DNA of 64,000 nucleotides from Propionibacteriaceae bacterium (GCA_036380335.1 DASVEX010000171.1:162-64161); one strand, 5' to 3'. Counted from the stretch's first letter, positions 26,026 through 37,285 are shown. A program made the numbers and translations. Notes: generated by a model not told the origin, from the sequence alone.

Positions 26026-26583
26026 TTAGTCCCAGCGTTCCAAGAGCCCTGTATCGACGTCGTAGTAGAACCCACCGACAACTGCTCGATCGCCGATCAG
26101 TGGGTGATTGCGGAGCTTCTCGGTATCGCGATGCAGCGTGCGGCGCTGGTCCGCCGATGCGCCGAATCGCACCCAGGAGGCATCAGCGCCGCTGGCGTTG
26201 CGGATCCACTCGATGATCACATCGTCATCAGCTGCTGCCATCGCACAACGGCTGTGCGGGATCACCATGATGCGATTGACGTTAAGCAGATGAACGCCTG
26301 CGATGCAGCCAGCAAGCGCGGAAGTCGTGACGCGACCACCGGGCGTCCTGAGGATCTTGGCGTCGCCGAAGGTCAGACCTAGCATCTCGAGTGGCACGAT
26401 CCGAGAGTCCATGCATGTGACGACGAGGACCCCCGCATGGGCTATCCCGTCGAAACCGTGCTGATCAAAGCTCTCGGCGAACTTCTTGTTGTTTGCCAGC
26501 AGATCGTCGAAGGCGTGGTCCGCCTCCGTTATTTTGTCGGGCCGGTCTTCAGCTGCGTGCTCCATGCGTATCGGCCTCCACAT
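26026..26583 (-). CDS. Beta-class carbonic anhydrase
   Basis: VVTCMDSRI (Cys-x-Asp-x-Arg) and HSRCAM zinc-ligand motifs. Confidence 0.85.
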   Translation of the reverse strand: MWRPIRMEHAAEDRPDKITEADHAFDDLLANNKKFAESFDQHGFDGIAHAGVLVVTCMDSRIVPLEMLGLTFGDAKILRTPGGRVTTSALAGCIAGVHLLNVNRIMVIPHSRCAMAAADDDVIIEWIRNASGADASWVRFGASADQRRTLHRDTEKLRNHPLIGDRAVVGGFYYDVDTGLLERWD

Positions 26584-26592
26584 GCGGGTTGT

Positions 26593-29034
26593 TCAGCCCG
26601 CGGCGGCCGATCCGATCGCCGCGATGGGCTGACTACTAGGGGTTCCTGAACCGTCGCGCCGGGCGTCAGCGGCCGGCAGCGGCACGGGACTGCCACTAGG
26701 CGCTGCGGCGATTGCCGGCGCCGGCCCCACCCAAGCGAGCAGCACAGCATCCTCGCCTTTGAGGAACCGATGGCAGCGTACCCCGCCAGTCGCCCGGCCT
26801 TTGGCCGGATACTGCCCGAAGCCAGTGACCTTGACAGATCCGGCGTCTGTGCCCGGGAGGGCGCGCGATGTCCCCGAGACCGTCGCAACAACCGCCTCCG
26901 TTGCCGACACAGCCCCGAAATAGACGACGCTCACGCCGATACCGAGCTTGATGCCGGCCATGCCACCGCCCGGACGGCCTTGTGGCCGTACGGCGGTGGC
27001 TGGGAAGTGCAGGAGCTGGGCGTCATTGGTGACGAAGACCAGTTCGGCCGCTGCAGTAGTGAGCTCTACGGCGCCCACGACCCGGTCGCCGGCCTCGAGG
27101 CGGATGACTTCCCACGAATCCTTGCCGAGGATCTCGGGATTGACCCGCTTGACGACACCGCGAGCCGTGCCAAGCGCGAGGCCGAGTGAATCATCGGCCA
27201 GCGTGGTCAGACAGAGCACTTTCTCTCCGGCGTCCAAGGTGACCAGCTCACTGACATGGGTGCCGCCCTGGAGGTTCGGCGCGTGCGCAGTGCTGGGCAC
27301 GGTGGGGAGATCCAGCGCGCTGATCTTGATCAATCGACCGGCACTGGTGATCAGACCGCAGCTACCACGTGCCGTAGCAATGATCTTGGACACCATGACA
27401 TCGTGGTTGGCTCGGGCGCCGACCGGTGGGAGCGGCTGGGCGGAAGCGGTTCGCGCCAACAGACCCGCGGAGGAGAGCAACACCCAGCAGGGATCGTCTG
27501 CGACCTCTAGCGGAGCAGTTGCTGCCGTCGTCGCAACGCCGCTGGCTGCTAGCAAGATCGTGCGGCGTGGTGTGCCGTGTTGTTGAGCGATCTCGGCAAG
27601 TTGATTGCTGACCAGGGTGCGGAGCTGCTCGGGATTTTCCAAGATCTCGGTGAGTTCAGCGATCGTCGTCTCCAGCTTGCCTCGCTCGGTCTCAAGCTCG
27701 ATCCGGCTGAATCGGGTGAGCCGGCGCAGTGGCATCTCGAGAATGTAGTTGGTTTGGGTCTCCGACAGCTCGAACACCTCCATCAGCCGGGAACGGGCTT
27801 GCGCGGTGTCGTCGGAGCCACGGATGATCGCGATCACGTCGTCGATGTCGAGAATCGCTACCAGCAGGCCTTCGACGAGGTGCAGGCGGTCCTGAGCTTT
27901 ACGGCGGGCGAAATCGGTGCGGCGTCGGGTGACGTCATACCGGTGCCCGAGGTAAACCGTCAGCAGGTCGCGCAGCGTCAGGGTACGCGGCTGACCGTCA
28001 ACTAGAGCGACGGCATTGATTGCGTAGTTGTCTTCGATCTTGGTCAGCTTGTAGAGCTGCTCCAAGATCGCGTCCGGATTGAAACCGCTCTTGATCTCGA
28101 TCACCAGGCGCGTTCCATTCGCCCGGTCCGAGAGGTCCTTGACGTCGGCGATGCCCTGCAGCTTGCGAGCGTTGACGAGATTCTTGATTTGTTCGATCAC
28201 TCGTTCCGGGCCGATTAGATACGGCAACTCGGTGATCACGATGCCTTTCCGGCGCGGGTGGACCTGCTCGACGCGGGCGGTCGCGCGCATCCGGAAGGAT
28301 CCCTTTCCCGTGTGATAGGCGTCCCGAATGCCATCCAGCCCGATGATCTTGCCGCCACTGGGCAGATCGGGTCCGGGTACGAAGCGCATCAGTTCATCGA
28401 TGTCGGCGTCTGGATGCTTGATCAAATGCCGCAGGGCTTGGACGACTTCCACCAAGTTGTGCGGTGGGCAGTTGGTGGCCATTCCGACAGCGATTCCCGT
28501 CGCGCCGTTGACGAGCAGATTGGGGAAGGCCGCTGGGAGCACTGTTGGCTCGACGTCCTTGCCGTCATAGTTCGGCTTGAAGTCAACGGTGTCCTCGTCC
28601 AGACCATCGGTCATGGCCGCAGCAGCGGTCGCCATCCGGCATTCGGTGTAGCGCATGGCGGCCGGACCGTCGTCGAGCGATCCGAAATTGCCGTGGCCGT
28701 CGATGAGGGGCAGTCGCACGCTCCACGGCTGGGCCAGGCGGACCAGGGCGTCATAAATCGCTGTGTCGCCGTGCGGATGGTACTGACCCATGACCTGACC
28801 GACGACGCGGGCGCACTTGACGTGTGAGCGGTCCGGCCGTACGCCCATCTCGTCCATCGCGTACAAGATCCGACGTTGCACGGGCTTGAGCCCATCCCGG
28901 GCATCGGGCAATGCCCGGGAGTAGATCACCGAATAGGCGTATTCCAGGAAGCTGGTCTGCATCTCTGAGGAAACATCGATGTCGACGATTCGTTCGGTGA
29001 ATTCGTCCTCAGGTGGTGCGGGTGTTCTGGCCAT
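26593..29034 (-). CDS. Type IIA topoisomerase subunit A (GyrA/ParC-like paralog, topo IV-like)
   Basis: [43 protein letters not shown] (catalytic Tyr) and a C-terminal beta-pinwheel region. Confidence 0.9.
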   Translation of the reverse strand: MARTPAPPEDEFTERIVDIDVSSEMQTSFLEYAYSVIYSRALPDARDGLKPVQRRILYAMDEMGVRPDRSHVKCARVVGQVMGQYHPHGDTAIYDALVRLAQPWSVRLPLIDGHGNFGSLDDGPAAMRYTECRMATAAAAMTDGLDEDTVDFKPNYDGKDVEPTVLPAAFPNLLVNGATGIAVGMATNCPPHNLVEVVQALRHLIKHPDADIDELMRFVPGPDLPSGGKIIGLDGIRDAYHTGKGSFRMRATARVEQVHPRRKGIVITELPYLIGPERVIEQIKNLVNARKLQGIADVKDLSDRANGTRLVIEIKSGFNPDAILEQLYKLTKIEDNYAINAVALVDGQPRTLTLRDLLTVYLGHRYDVTRRRTDFARRKAQDRLHLVEGLLVAILDIDDVIAIIRGSDDTAQARSRLMEVFELSETQTNYILEMPLRRLTRFSRIELETERGKLETTIAELTEILENPEQLRTLVSNQLAEIAQQHGTPRRTILLAASGVATTAATAPLEVADDPCWVLLSSAGLLARTASAQPLPPVGARANHDVMVSKIIATARGSCGLITSAGRLIKISALDLPTVPSTAHAPNLQGGTHVSELVTLDAGEKVLCLTTLADDSLGLALGTARGVVKRVNPEILGKDSWEVIRLEAGDRVVGAVELTTAAAELVFVTNDAQLLHFPATAVRPQGRPGGGMAGIKLGIGVSVVYFGAVSATEAVVATVSGTSRALPGTDAGSVKVTGFGQYPAKGRATGGVRCHRFLKGEDAVLLAWVGPAPAIAAAPSGSPVPLPAADARRDGSGTPSSQPIAAIGSAAAG

Positions 29035-29054
29035 AGAAACGCGGATCCTCCTCT

Positions 29055-29912
29055 CTAGAGGAAGGGTTTGAGCTCATCCAGCAATGCGTCGCCAGCGGCG
29101 GCCTCACGCGCGTAAAGGATTCCGTAGCTGAACCCGTTCTGACCTGACCGGATGCCAACCCGGGCGCCGAGCTCACGGAGGAAGGCTGCGCTGACGATGC
29201 CATCCTGATGATTTCCCAGCAGGTCCTGTAGGTCCTTCCGCTGCGCAACGATCTTGTCGGCCTTGGGGCCCCAGACCGGCGCCGCAGCCTCCACCGCATA
29301 GCGATAGCGCTTCGACGCCTTGCGCGCGCCATGGAACAGCTCCTCGGAGGGCTCTTCGGCCCGCCGCACTGCGACTGCGGCGGAGAGCCGCTTGCGCGCC
29401 TTCTTCTTCGCCTTCTTGATGGCGGCCTCGATCGCGTCCGTAGGTGAATCGGCGGCCGCGGTGAAGGGCGGATCGCTTCGCCAATGGTGGATCAGGCCGA
29501 CCAGTTTGCGGTAACGCTCGGAGTTCAACGCATCAGTCAGGTCATCGGTCGCGCGCTTGCGCCGAGTCGCCAGCTCAGTTTGGATCGTCGATGCCACCGG
29601 ACCAAGGATCAGCTCAGGCGGCAGCGCGGCAAGCAGGACAGCTTGCCGCTCGGTCAGGATGTCCAGATCGCGTACCTCACCGAGCAGGGTCGCCCACCAG
29701 ATGAGCTCGGATTCAAGCTGATCGGCTTCGGCCGGGTCGAAGAGGTCAGCAAACACCCGGGTGGTGCTGCGTAGTCGGCGTACCGCCACCCGCGTGGTGT
29801 GGATGACGTCCTCCCCCGCTCGCAGCTGGGCCTCGGAGTCGATGAGCACCGTGCACTGCTCGGCGAGATAGGCACCGATGAGATCGCGAACAGTGACAGG
29901 TTTGTCGTTCAT
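29055..29912 (-). CDS. CHAD domain protein
   Basis: [21 protein letters not shown] and repeated helical R/K-rich CHAD pattern. Start moved to the ATG at 29912 ([11 protein letters not shown]). Confidence 0.8.
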   Translation of the reverse strand: MNDKPVTVRDLIGAYLAEQCTVLIDSEAQLRAGEDVIHTTRVAVRRLRSTTRVFADLFDPAEADQLESELIWWATLLGEVRDLDILTERQAVLLAALPPELILGPVASTIQTELATRRKRATDDLTDALNSERYRKLVGLIHHWRSDPPFTAAADSPTDAIEAAIKKAKKKARKRLSAAVAVRRAEEPSEELFHGARKASKRYRYAVEAAAPVWGPKADKIVAQRKDLQDLLGNHQDGIVSAAFLRELGARVGIRSGQNGFSYGILYAREAAAGDALLDELKPFL

Positions 29913-29994
29913 GCCGCGGTCATCGTGTAAGGCATGCCGTGACCTTACGCCGAGCGCGCAATCTGTGTGCGGCTCTGCGGAACGTGTCGGATGA

Positions 29995-30056
29995 ATGTGC
30001 GCTGAGCTTGTCGAAGGGCACATAGCTGTGCGCGCTTCGACAGGCTCAGCGCACAT
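29995..30056 (-). terminator. Long inverted repeat (22-bp arms, one non-Watson-Crick position) immediately downstream of glpD
   Basis: atgtgcgctgagcttgtcgaag ... cttcgacaggctcagcgcacat. The 18-nt spacer contains a further gcaca/tgtgc pair. Starts 9 nt after the glpD stop. No U-tract. Confidence 0.55.
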
Positions 30057-30064
30057 ACAGACAG

Positions 30065-31777
30065 CTAGTGCACACGGCCCATTCGGACGTCGGGAGCGCC
30101 GAGACGGGCGGCGTCGGCAGAGAGGTCGTCCGGCTGGTCCTGCGACTCGCGTTCAGCGGCAACCCGCTTGTGATAGTGCTCCACCTCGCGATCAACATCT
30201 GCCGGGCCCCAGCCGAGGATGGGAGCGACAAGGGCGGCGACCTCAGGCGCCGCTGCAAGGCCACGGTCCCAGGTTTCGATGGAGATGCGAGTACGCCGGG
30301 CCAAGATGTCGTCCAAGTGCAGGGCACCCTCGTGCGAGGCGGCATAGATCGCCTCGACCTTGAGATATTCGGCTGCGCCGTCCATGGGATGAGCGAGCTC
30401 GGGGCGGGATTTGATCATCTCCAGGAGTTCTGGGAACAGGGACCCGTAGCGGTTCAGCAGGTGCTCAACCTGAAGATCACGCAGACCAGTTTCGTTGACC
30501 AGTAGAGGCCGGGCATTCCACAGGGCGTGGTAGCCATCGGCGCCCAACAACGGCACATCCTCGGTGCAAGATTCGGGCACCTTTTGATCCAAGTCCCGGA
30601 CCGCCGCATCAACAGCGTCCTTGGCCATCACCCGATAGGTCGTGTACTTGCCGCCCGCGATCATCACCAGGCCACGGACCGGGGAGGCGACAGCATGCTC
30701 TCGGGAGAGCTTTGACGTCGAGTCCGATTCGCCGGCCAGCAGGGGGCGCAGGCCGGCATAAACACCCACGACGTCGTCTCGGGTGAGGGGGTCGGCCAGC
30801 AAGGTGTTCGCATGGCGCAGCAGATAGTCGATGTCAGCCTGACTGGCCGCGGGGTGGGCTCGGTCCAGCTGCCAGTCGGTGTCGGTCGTGCCGATAATCC
30901 AATGGCTTCCCCACGGAATAATGAACAGCAGGCTCTTCTCTGTTTGCGTGATCAACCCAGTCATGGAATTGATGCGGTTACGCGGGACCACCAGGTGCAC
31001 ACCTTTGGAGGCACGTACCTGAAACTGGCCACGACCGCCAAGCATCCGCTGCAGCTCGTCGATCCATACTCCGGTTGCGTTGATCGTCTGCTTCGCGCGG
31101 ATCGTGAACGTGTTGCCGGACTCGAGATCACGAACCGTGACGCCGGCTACGTGATCGGCCTCGCGTAGGAAGCCAAAGACTCTGGTGCTGGTTGCGACTG
31201 CGGCACCGTAATGCGCCGCAGTGCGGCCGATCATCATGGTGTGCCGGGCGTCGTCGACCAGACCTTCGAAGAACCTGATCGAGCCGATCACCGTCTGACG
31301 ATTCGCGGATGGAAAGGACTCCAGCGTGCGCTTCCGGCTCAGGTGCCTGAGGTGGTGTGGCACTCCGCGCCCGGCGCCCATCAGGTCGTACACGCCGATG
31401 CCGAGACCCGCGTAGCTGCGGTCGATGATGGGTCGGGTTAGTGGGTAGAGAAACGGCACCGGTTTGGCCAGGTGCGGAGCCAGCTTGTTGAGAGCCAGAG
31501 ATCGCTCTTTGAGCGCCTCGAACACGAGGGCAAAGTTGAGCTGTTCGAGATAGCGCAGTCCGCCGTGGAACAACTTGCTGGACCGGCTCGAGGTGCCGGC
31601 CGCGAAGTCGCGGGCGTCGACCAGTCCCACTCGCAGCCCCCGGGTCACGGCATCGAGCGCGCAGCCGCAGCCGGTGACGCCCGCACCTATCACGAGGATG
31701 TCGAGGTCGTCGTTGGCTAGCCGGTCTAGGGCGTCCGCCCGAGCCGCAGGGCTGAGGGGTGAGGTTGTGGAGAACAT
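30065..31777 (-). CDS. glpD: FAD-dependent glycerol-3-phosphate dehydrogenase
   Basis: DILVIGAGVTGCGCALDAVTRGL dinucleotide fold. 570 aa, with the GlpD C-terminal domain. Confidence 0.9.
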   Translation of the reverse strand: MFSTTSPLSPAARADALDRLANDDLDILVIGAGVTGCGCALDAVTRGLRVGLVDARDFAAGTSSRSSKLFHGGLRYLEQLNFALVFEALKERSLALNKLAPHLAKPVPFLYPLTRPIIDRSYAGLGIGVYDLMGAGRGVPHHLRHLSRKRTLESFPSANRQTVIGSIRFFEGLVDDARHTMMIGRTAAHYGAAVATSTRVFGFLREADHVAGVTVRDLESGNTFTIRAKQTINATGVWIDELQRMLGGRGQFQVRASKGVHLVVPRNRINSMTGLITQTEKSLLFIIPWGSHWIIGTTDTDWQLDRAHPAASQADIDYLLRHANTLLADPLTRDDVVGVYAGLRPLLAGESDSTSKLSREHAVASPVRGLVMIAGGKYTTYRVMAKDAVDAAVRDLDQKVPESCTEDVPLLGADGYHALWNARPLLVNETGLRDLQVEHLLNRYGSLFPELLEMIKSRPELAHPMDGAAEYLKVEAIYAASHEGALHLDDILARRTRISIETWDRGLAAAPEVAALVAPILGWGPADVDREVEHYHKRVAAERESQDQPDDLSADAARLGAPDVRMGRVH

Positions 31778-31785
31778 CCGCGCCG

Positions 31786-32805
31786 TCAGGGGTTGACCAG
31801 GAAGGATCGTTCCGGATCATGGCGGCCCTCGATCAGCCGAATCGTGCCCGATCGAGATCGCATGGAAAGCGAGTGCGTCACGATCCGATGGCTCTCAAAT
31901 CGCACGCCGCGGAGCAGTGAGCCATCAGTAACGCCGGTGGCGGCGAAGAACACATTGTCGCCAGAGACAAGATCGGTTGTGGTCAGGGTGCGATCGAGGT
32001 CATAGCCAGCATCAAGAATCGCCGACCGTTCGCTCTCATTGCGCGCGATCAAACGGCCGAACATCTCACCCCCCAGGCAGCGGAGCGCACATGCGGCAAG
32101 CACTCCTTCGGGAGTTCCGCCGACGCCCACCAGAAGATCGACTCCGGTCGAGGGGGTGACGGCCATGATCGCACCGGCTACATCCCCATCGAGCAGAAAT
32201 CGAATTCTGGCACCCGCAGCGCGGATAGCGGTGACGAGCTCGGCGTGCCGCGGTCGATCGAGGACGCAGACCGTAAGGTCGGATACTGCACGATCGGTCG
32301 TCGCGGCGATCTTGGCGAGGTTCGTAGCGATCGGTGCGTCAAGATCAACATCGCTGGCGGCCTCGCCAGGCACCACGAGCTTTTGCATGTACACCGCGGG
32401 GCCGGGGGAGAACATCGTGCCGCGAGGAGATACGCCGATGATGCTGACGGCGTCGGGCAGGCTCTTGGCCGTCAGCGTGGTGCCATCGACCGGGTCGACG
32501 GCAATGTCCCACTCCGGCCCAGAGCCGTCACCGACCCGCTCGCCGTTGTAAAGCATGGGGGCTTCGTCCTTCTCGCCCTCGCCGATCACCACGACGCCGT
32601 TCATCCGAACTGTGCCAAGCACTGGGCGCATGGCGTCCACGGCCGCGGCATCCACCTGGTTCTTGTCACCGAAGCCCATGTACCGCGAGCAGTTGATCGC
32701 GGCGGCTTCGGTTGCCCGGACCAGCTCCAGTGCGAGATTCCGGTCCGATTCCGCGCCGAGCTGTTCTCGGGTCCGACGTTGAGTCCCTGTCGCCATCTCC
32801 ACCAC
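31786..32805 (-). CDS. glpX: Class II fructose-1,6-bisphosphatase
   Basis: LALELVRATEAAA..., VVIGEGEKDEAPML, DPVDGTT: GlpX signature blocks. Confidence 0.9.
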   Translation of the reverse strand: MVEMATGTQRRTREQLGAESDRNLALELVRATEAAAINCSRYMGFGDKNQVDAAAVDAMRPVLGTVRMNGVVVIGEGEKDEAPMLYNGERVGDGSGPEWDIAVDPVDGTTLTAKSLPDAVSIIGVSPRGTMFSPGPAVYMQKLVVPGEAASDVDLDAPIATNLAKIAATTDRAVSDLTVCVLDRPRHAELVTAIRAAGARIRFLLDGDVAGAIMAVTPSTGVDLLVGVGGTPEGVLAACALRCLGGEMFGRLIARNESERSAILDAGYDLDRTLTTTDLVSGDNVFFAATGVTDGSLLRGVRFESHRIVTHSLSMRSRSGTIRLIEGRHDPERSFLVNP

Positions 32806-32824
32806 TCCTCTTGTCGTCGCTGCG

Positions 32825-34339
32825 CTAGACCTCGACCCAGTCCAGCGTTCGTTCGATGGCCTTTTTCCACCCCTTGTATCCGGCGGCCCGTTCCTCCTCG
32901 CTGATCTGCGGGGCCCAGCGCCGGTCCTCTAGCCAGTTGTCTCGAAGCTCGTCCGCCGACGCCCAGAACCCGGTCGCGAGACCAGCGGCGTACGCGGCAC
33001 CTAGCGCAGTGGTCTCTGCCACCACAGGCTTACTCACCTCAACGCCGAGGGCGTCGGCCTGAATCTGCATGCACAGCTCGTTCGAGGTGACGCCACCGTC
33101 GACCTTCAGCACCTCGAGCCGGACGCCAGCGTCCTTTTGCATGGCTTCGACGACATCCCGACTCTGATAGCAGATCGCCTCCAAGGCCGCACGGGCGAGG
33201 TGCTCACGGGTATGGAAGCGGGATAGTCCGACGATGACGCCACGGGCATCAGAGCGCCAATAGGGCGCGAAGAGCCCGGAGAAAGCGGGGACGAAATACA
33301 TCCCGGATGCACTGTCAACCTGACGTGCCAGGGTTTCGATCTCGGCGGCATCCCGGATGATGTGGAGCTGGTCGCGCAACCATTGCACCGCGGAACCGGT
33401 AACGGCGATCGAGCCCTCGAGCGCATAAACCGGCGCGGCATCCCCGAACTGGTAGCACACGGTGCTCAACAGGCCGTTTGTCGAGCGGCACAGCTTCTCT
33501 CCGGTGTTGAGCAATAAGAAGTTGCCGGTGCCGTACGTGTTCTTCGCATCGCCTTCGGACAGGCACACCTGCCCGACCATGGCGGCGTGCTGATCTCCCA
33601 GATCTCCGCTGATGGTGACCTCACCGCCGAACGGCCCGTCGGAGCGAGTGCGTTGGTAGGCAGTGGGATGCGAGGACGGCAGGATGGCAGGCAACATCGA
33701 CCCAGGAATGCCGAATAAGCTCAACAGTTCCGGATCCCAATCGAGGGTTTCCAGGTCCATCAGCATGGTGCGGCTGGCGTTGGTGACATCGGTGATGTGC
33801 TGACCACCCGCAACGCCGCCGGTGAGGTTCCACAACAACCAGCAGTCGGTCGTGCCGAAGAGCGCGCGGCCGCGTTCTGCGGCGGCGCGTACGCCGTCGA
33901 CGTTCTCCAAAATCCACTGCAGCTTGCCGCCGGAGAAGTAGGTGGCTGGCGGCAGGCCGGCGCGCTGCCTGATCACGTCCCCTCGACCGTCTCGATCAAG
34001 GGCGGCAGCGATCTTGTCGGTGCGGGTGTCTTGCCAGACGATCGCATTTCCGTACGGCTCACCAGTGGTCGGATCCCATACCACGGTCGTTTCCCGCTGA
34101 TTGGTGATGCCGAGGCCGGCAAGATCGCCAGCAGCCAGCCCTCGTTCTTGCATGGCTTGCTTCACGACCTGTTGGGTGCGTTGCCAGATTTCGACGGGAT
34201 CGTGCTCCACCCAACCGGCCCTAGGCAGGATTTGCTCGTGCTCGAGCTGGTACTTGCCGACCTCGCGGCCCGAGTGATCAAAGATCATGCAGCGGGTGCT
34301 TGTCGTACCTTGGTCGATTGCAGCAACGAAGTCGGCCAT
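32825..34339 (-). CDS. glpK: Glycerol kinase
   Basis: [46 protein letters not shown]. Confidence 0.95.
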   Translation of the reverse strand: MADFVAAIDQGTTSTRCMIFDHSGREVGKYQLEHEQILPRAGWVEHDPVEIWQRTQQVVKQAMQERGLAAGDLAGLGITNQRETTVVWDPTTGEPYGNAIVWQDTRTDKIAAALDRDGRGDVIRQRAGLPPATYFSGGKLQWILENVDGVRAAAERGRALFGTTDCWLLWNLTGGVAGGQHITDVTNASRTMLMDLETLDWDPELLSLFGIPGSMLPAILPSSHPTAYQRTRSDGPFGGEVTISGDLGDQHAAMVGQVCLSEGDAKNTYGTGNFLLLNTGEKLCRSTNGLLSTVCYQFGDAAPVYALEGSIAVTGSAVQWLRDQLHIIRDAAEIETLARQVDSASGMYFVPAFSGLFAPYWRSDARGVIVGLSRFHTREHLARAALEAICYQSRDVVEAMQKDAGVRLEVLKVDGGVTSNELCMQIQADALGVEVSKPVVAETTALGAAYAAGLATGFWASADELRDNWLEDRRWAPQISEEERAAGYKGWKKAIERTLDWVEV

Positions 34340-34378
34340 GGCCTGACACTAGTGGGAGTTGGATTGCGTCGCTCGCCG

Positions 34379-34408
34379 GGCTCGCTCTGCCTAATGGCTC
34401 GCTCTGCC
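34379..34408. promoter_or_regulatory. Direct repeat ggctcgctctgcc x2 (17-bp period) upstream of glpK; candidate operator
   Basis: Exact 13-mers at 34379-34391 and 34396-34408, 40-70 nt upstream of the glpK ATG, with a degenerate third copy just before them. Confidence 0.3.
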
Positions 34409-34582
34409 CGCTGCGATGTTCGCCTGGAGCCGCCGTCTTCGTCGCACCCGACGAAACGCTGTTCTGGAGAGTTACCCTCCGTCTTCGACCCGTTTCGTCG
34501 GCTTCTCCTGCAGATCGGCGGCGCGAACATCGCGGGCGCGGATGGCGCCCGCCTACTTCGTTTTTGTGCGTAGGCTTTTGCC

Positions 34583-37246
34583 GTGTCCGCAAGCGAGGCC
34601 CCATCGGATATGGCAGGTGACCCTCCCGGATACCCACGAGGATGGGAAGCGGACGTGTTGCTTTCCGACGGCGGGGTTGCCCATCTGCGCCCGATCCGGC
34701 CGTCAGACGCAGACCGGCTGGTCGCCTTCTACGATCGAGTTTCTCCGGAGTCCAAATATCTGCGTTTCTTCGCTCCCTATCCGCGACTGAGTGATCGTGA
34801 CGTCAAACGGTTCACCGAAGTCGACTACGTGGATCGAGTGGCCTTCATCATCACCCTTGTCGATGACATGATCGCGGTCGGCCGTTACGACCGGATCGAA
34901 GATGATCATGCCGAGGTCGCGTTCCTCATCGAGGACGCTCATCAGGGCCGCGGCATCGCCCAGCTGCTGTTGGAGCATCTGGCCCAAGCGGCCCGCGAGC
35001 GCGGCATCACCCGCTTCGTCGCCGAGGTGTTGCCGGCGAACCGCCGGATGGCCAAGGTGTTCGCGGACGCTGGATACCGCGTCTCCAAGGGCATCGAGGA
35101 TGGCGTACTCGCCGTCGAGTTCCCGATCTTGCCCACCGACACATCTGTCGGTGTGATGGAGCGTCGCGAGCATCGTGCGGAGAGTGCCTCCGTGCGACGG
35201 CTGCTGACGCCGGAACGGATCGTGGTGTACGGCAACGGTGATCGCATGCAAGGCTTGATCGATTCCATGCTGGACGGTGGCTTTCGCGGTGAAGTAGCGG
35301 CGGTAGCCACCGATGGTCGCGAGGTTGCGGGTATCAGCAATGCGTCATCGATCGGCGCGCTCCCGGGTCGGCTGGACCTGGCTCTCGTATCAGTGCCGAC
35401 TAGCCAACTAGGAGCCGTGGTCATCGATGCGGCGCACAAGGGAGTGCACGGCATTGTGGTGCTGACCGGGACGGATTACGCCGCCGGGGACAACCACCAG
35501 ATCATCAACCTGGCGCGCGCGTACGGTATCCGGGCGCTCGGCCCCGACGCCCTGGGAGTGATCAACACTCTGCCGGCGGTGCAACTGAACGGCACACCTG
35601 GACCGATGCCACGGACCGGGGGAGTGGGTTTGTTTTGTCAGTCGGCCGCCGTCGGGGTGGCCCTCCTGAACCATGCCGTACGTCACGATGTCGGCCTGTC
35701 GTCCTTCATCAGCACGGGCGACTACGCCGACGTCACTGCGAACGATGTCATGCAGTACTGGGAGGACGACGAACCAACCCGTGTCTGCCTGCTCACCCTC
35801 GATTCGATCGGTAATCCCAGGAAGTTTTCGCGGATCGCCCGGCACCTGGCTCGGAAGAAGCCGGTTGTCGTCTTTGCCCCTGGACGTACCCGCCGGAATG
35901 ATCATGCCGGGGTACGCGGTGGGCTCGGGCATGCTCCGGATGAGGCAGTTGACGCGCTCTTCCGACAGGCAGGTGTCATGGTGGTGCACAACCGCGGCGA
36001 CATGATCGACATTGCCAAGATCGCCACACGTCAGCCGTTGCCTCGAGGCCCGCGAGTCCGGATCGTCGCCAACTCCCTCAGCCTCAGCCACCAGATGATG
36101 CAGAAGATGGATTCGGTCGGTCTGTTCCACGACCCGGAGCCGGAGCTACTCGGCGCTGATGCGAGCGCAGCAGCGTTCGCCCAAGCCGCTAGGGCGGCAT
36201 TGGCGGATCCCCGATATGACTCCGTCGTCTGCGCCGCGGTCAATGCATTCGACCGCGGCACCGAGGAGGTCATCTTGGCTCTTGAGCAGGTTGCCGCCGA
36301 GGGAGTGAAGCCGTTGATCGGGGTCTTCTTGGACTTCCATCCACCGCTGGGGAGCAACGGCGAGCCAGACAGCCCCGGATCCTTGCCGAGGTTCGACGGC
36401 TCGGTGGACGCCATTCAGGCTCTCGCATCTCTGGCGGCATATGCGCAGTGGTGCGCTCAAGACCCAGGTGCCGTCCCCGTGCTGGAGGTGGACTCGCAGG
36501 CGGCACGGCGGGTGGTCAATCGGGTCCTCGCCCAGCAGCCCGAGGGTCGCGAGCTGACCACTGCGGAGACGGCCGAGCTGCTGGGCAGCTATGGGATCAA
36601 CCTTGTGCCGCAGATTGCAGTCTCAGGGTTGGCGGACGCAATTGCTGCGGGCGAGCAGCTTGGCTGGAATGTCGTGCTGAAAGCCACGACGGCCGCCGTC
36701 CGCGGTCGACCCGATCTTGCGAGCGTGCACCGCAACATCGACAACCCCGCTGAGCTGACCGAAGCCTGGAAGGATCTGCGCCAGCTGATGGCCGAGACCG
36801 GGCTACCAGAGGATGAGGACCTCTCGGCGGCCAAGCCTGTCGTCCAGGCCATGGCGCCGCCGGGCGTGGCGCTGGTGATCGCTAGTCGCGAGGATGCGGC
36901 CTTCGGTCCGATCGTCTCGTTGGGCCTGGACGGAATTCCGAGCGAGCTGCTTGGCGACATCGTCTATCGGGTACCGCCGTTGACGACCGTCGATGCCGGC
37001 CAGATGGTCCGAGAGCTCAAGGCTGCTCCTACACTTTTCGGTCGGCACGGTGCGCCAGGAGTCGACGTGACAGGGGTCGAGGACTTGTTACATCGGGTGG
37101 CGCAGCTGTCCGACGCCATTCCGCAGCTGGCTTCGCTGACGCTGCGGCCTTGCGTGGCCTCGGTCAACTCGATCTCGGTCCTGGGCGGGCGCGTTTTCGT
37201 CGCGCCCACCGCCGACCAGCGCGACCCGTTGGCACGGTTCCTCTAG
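34583..37246 (+). CDS. Bifunctional GNAT acetyltransferase / NDP-forming acyl-CoA synthetase-like protein (Pat-type protein lysine acetyltransferase)
   Basis: N-terminal GNAT (AFLIEDAHQGRGIAQLLLEHL) followed by CoA-binding, succinyl-CoA-synthetase-like and ATP-grasp regions. 887 aa. Confidence 0.85.
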   Translation: MSASEAPSDMAGDPPGYPRGWEADVLLSDGGVAHLRPIRPSDADRLVAFYDRVSPESKYLRFFAPYPRLSDRDVKRFTEVDYVDRVAFIITLVDDMIAVGRYDRIEDDHAEVAFLIEDAHQGRGIAQLLLEHLAQAARERGITRFVAEVLPANRRMAKVFADAGYRVSKGIEDGVLAVEFPILPTDTSVGVMERREHRAESASVRRLLTPERIVVYGNGDRMQGLIDSMLDGGFRGEVAAVATDGREVAGISNASSIGALPGRLDLALVSVPTSQLGAVVIDAAHKGVHGIVVLTGTDYAAGDNHQIINLARAYGIRALGPDALGVINTLPAVQLNGTPGPMPRTGGVGLFCQSAAVGVALLNHAVRHDVGLSSFISTGDYADVTANDVMQYWEDDEPTRVCLLTLDSIGNPRKFSRIARHLARKKPVVVFAPGRTRRNDHAGVRGGLGHAPDEAVDALFRQAGVMVVHNRGDMIDIAKIATRQPLPRGPRVRIVANSLSLSHQMMQKMDSVGLFHDPEPELLGADASAAAFAQAARAALADPRYDSVVCAAVNAFDRGTEEVILALEQVAAEGVKPLIGVFLDFHPPLGSNGEPDSPGSLPRFDGSVDAIQALASLAAYAQWCAQDPGAVPVLEVDSQAARRVVNRVLAQQPEGRELTTAETAELLGSYGINLVPQIAVSGLADAIAAGEQLGWNVVLKATTAAVRGRPDLASVHRNIDNPAELTEAWKDLRQLMAETGLPEDEDLSAAKPVVQAMAPPGVALVIASREDAAFGPIVSLGLDGIPSELLGDIVYRVPPLTTVDAGQMVRELKAAPTLFGRHGAPGVDVTGVEDLLHRVAQLSDAIPQLASLTLRPCVASVNSISVLGGRVFVAPTADQRDPLARFL

Positions 37247-37285
37247 ATGCTCCGACTGTCGGCGGTGCGTGGCAGGATGATCGAC

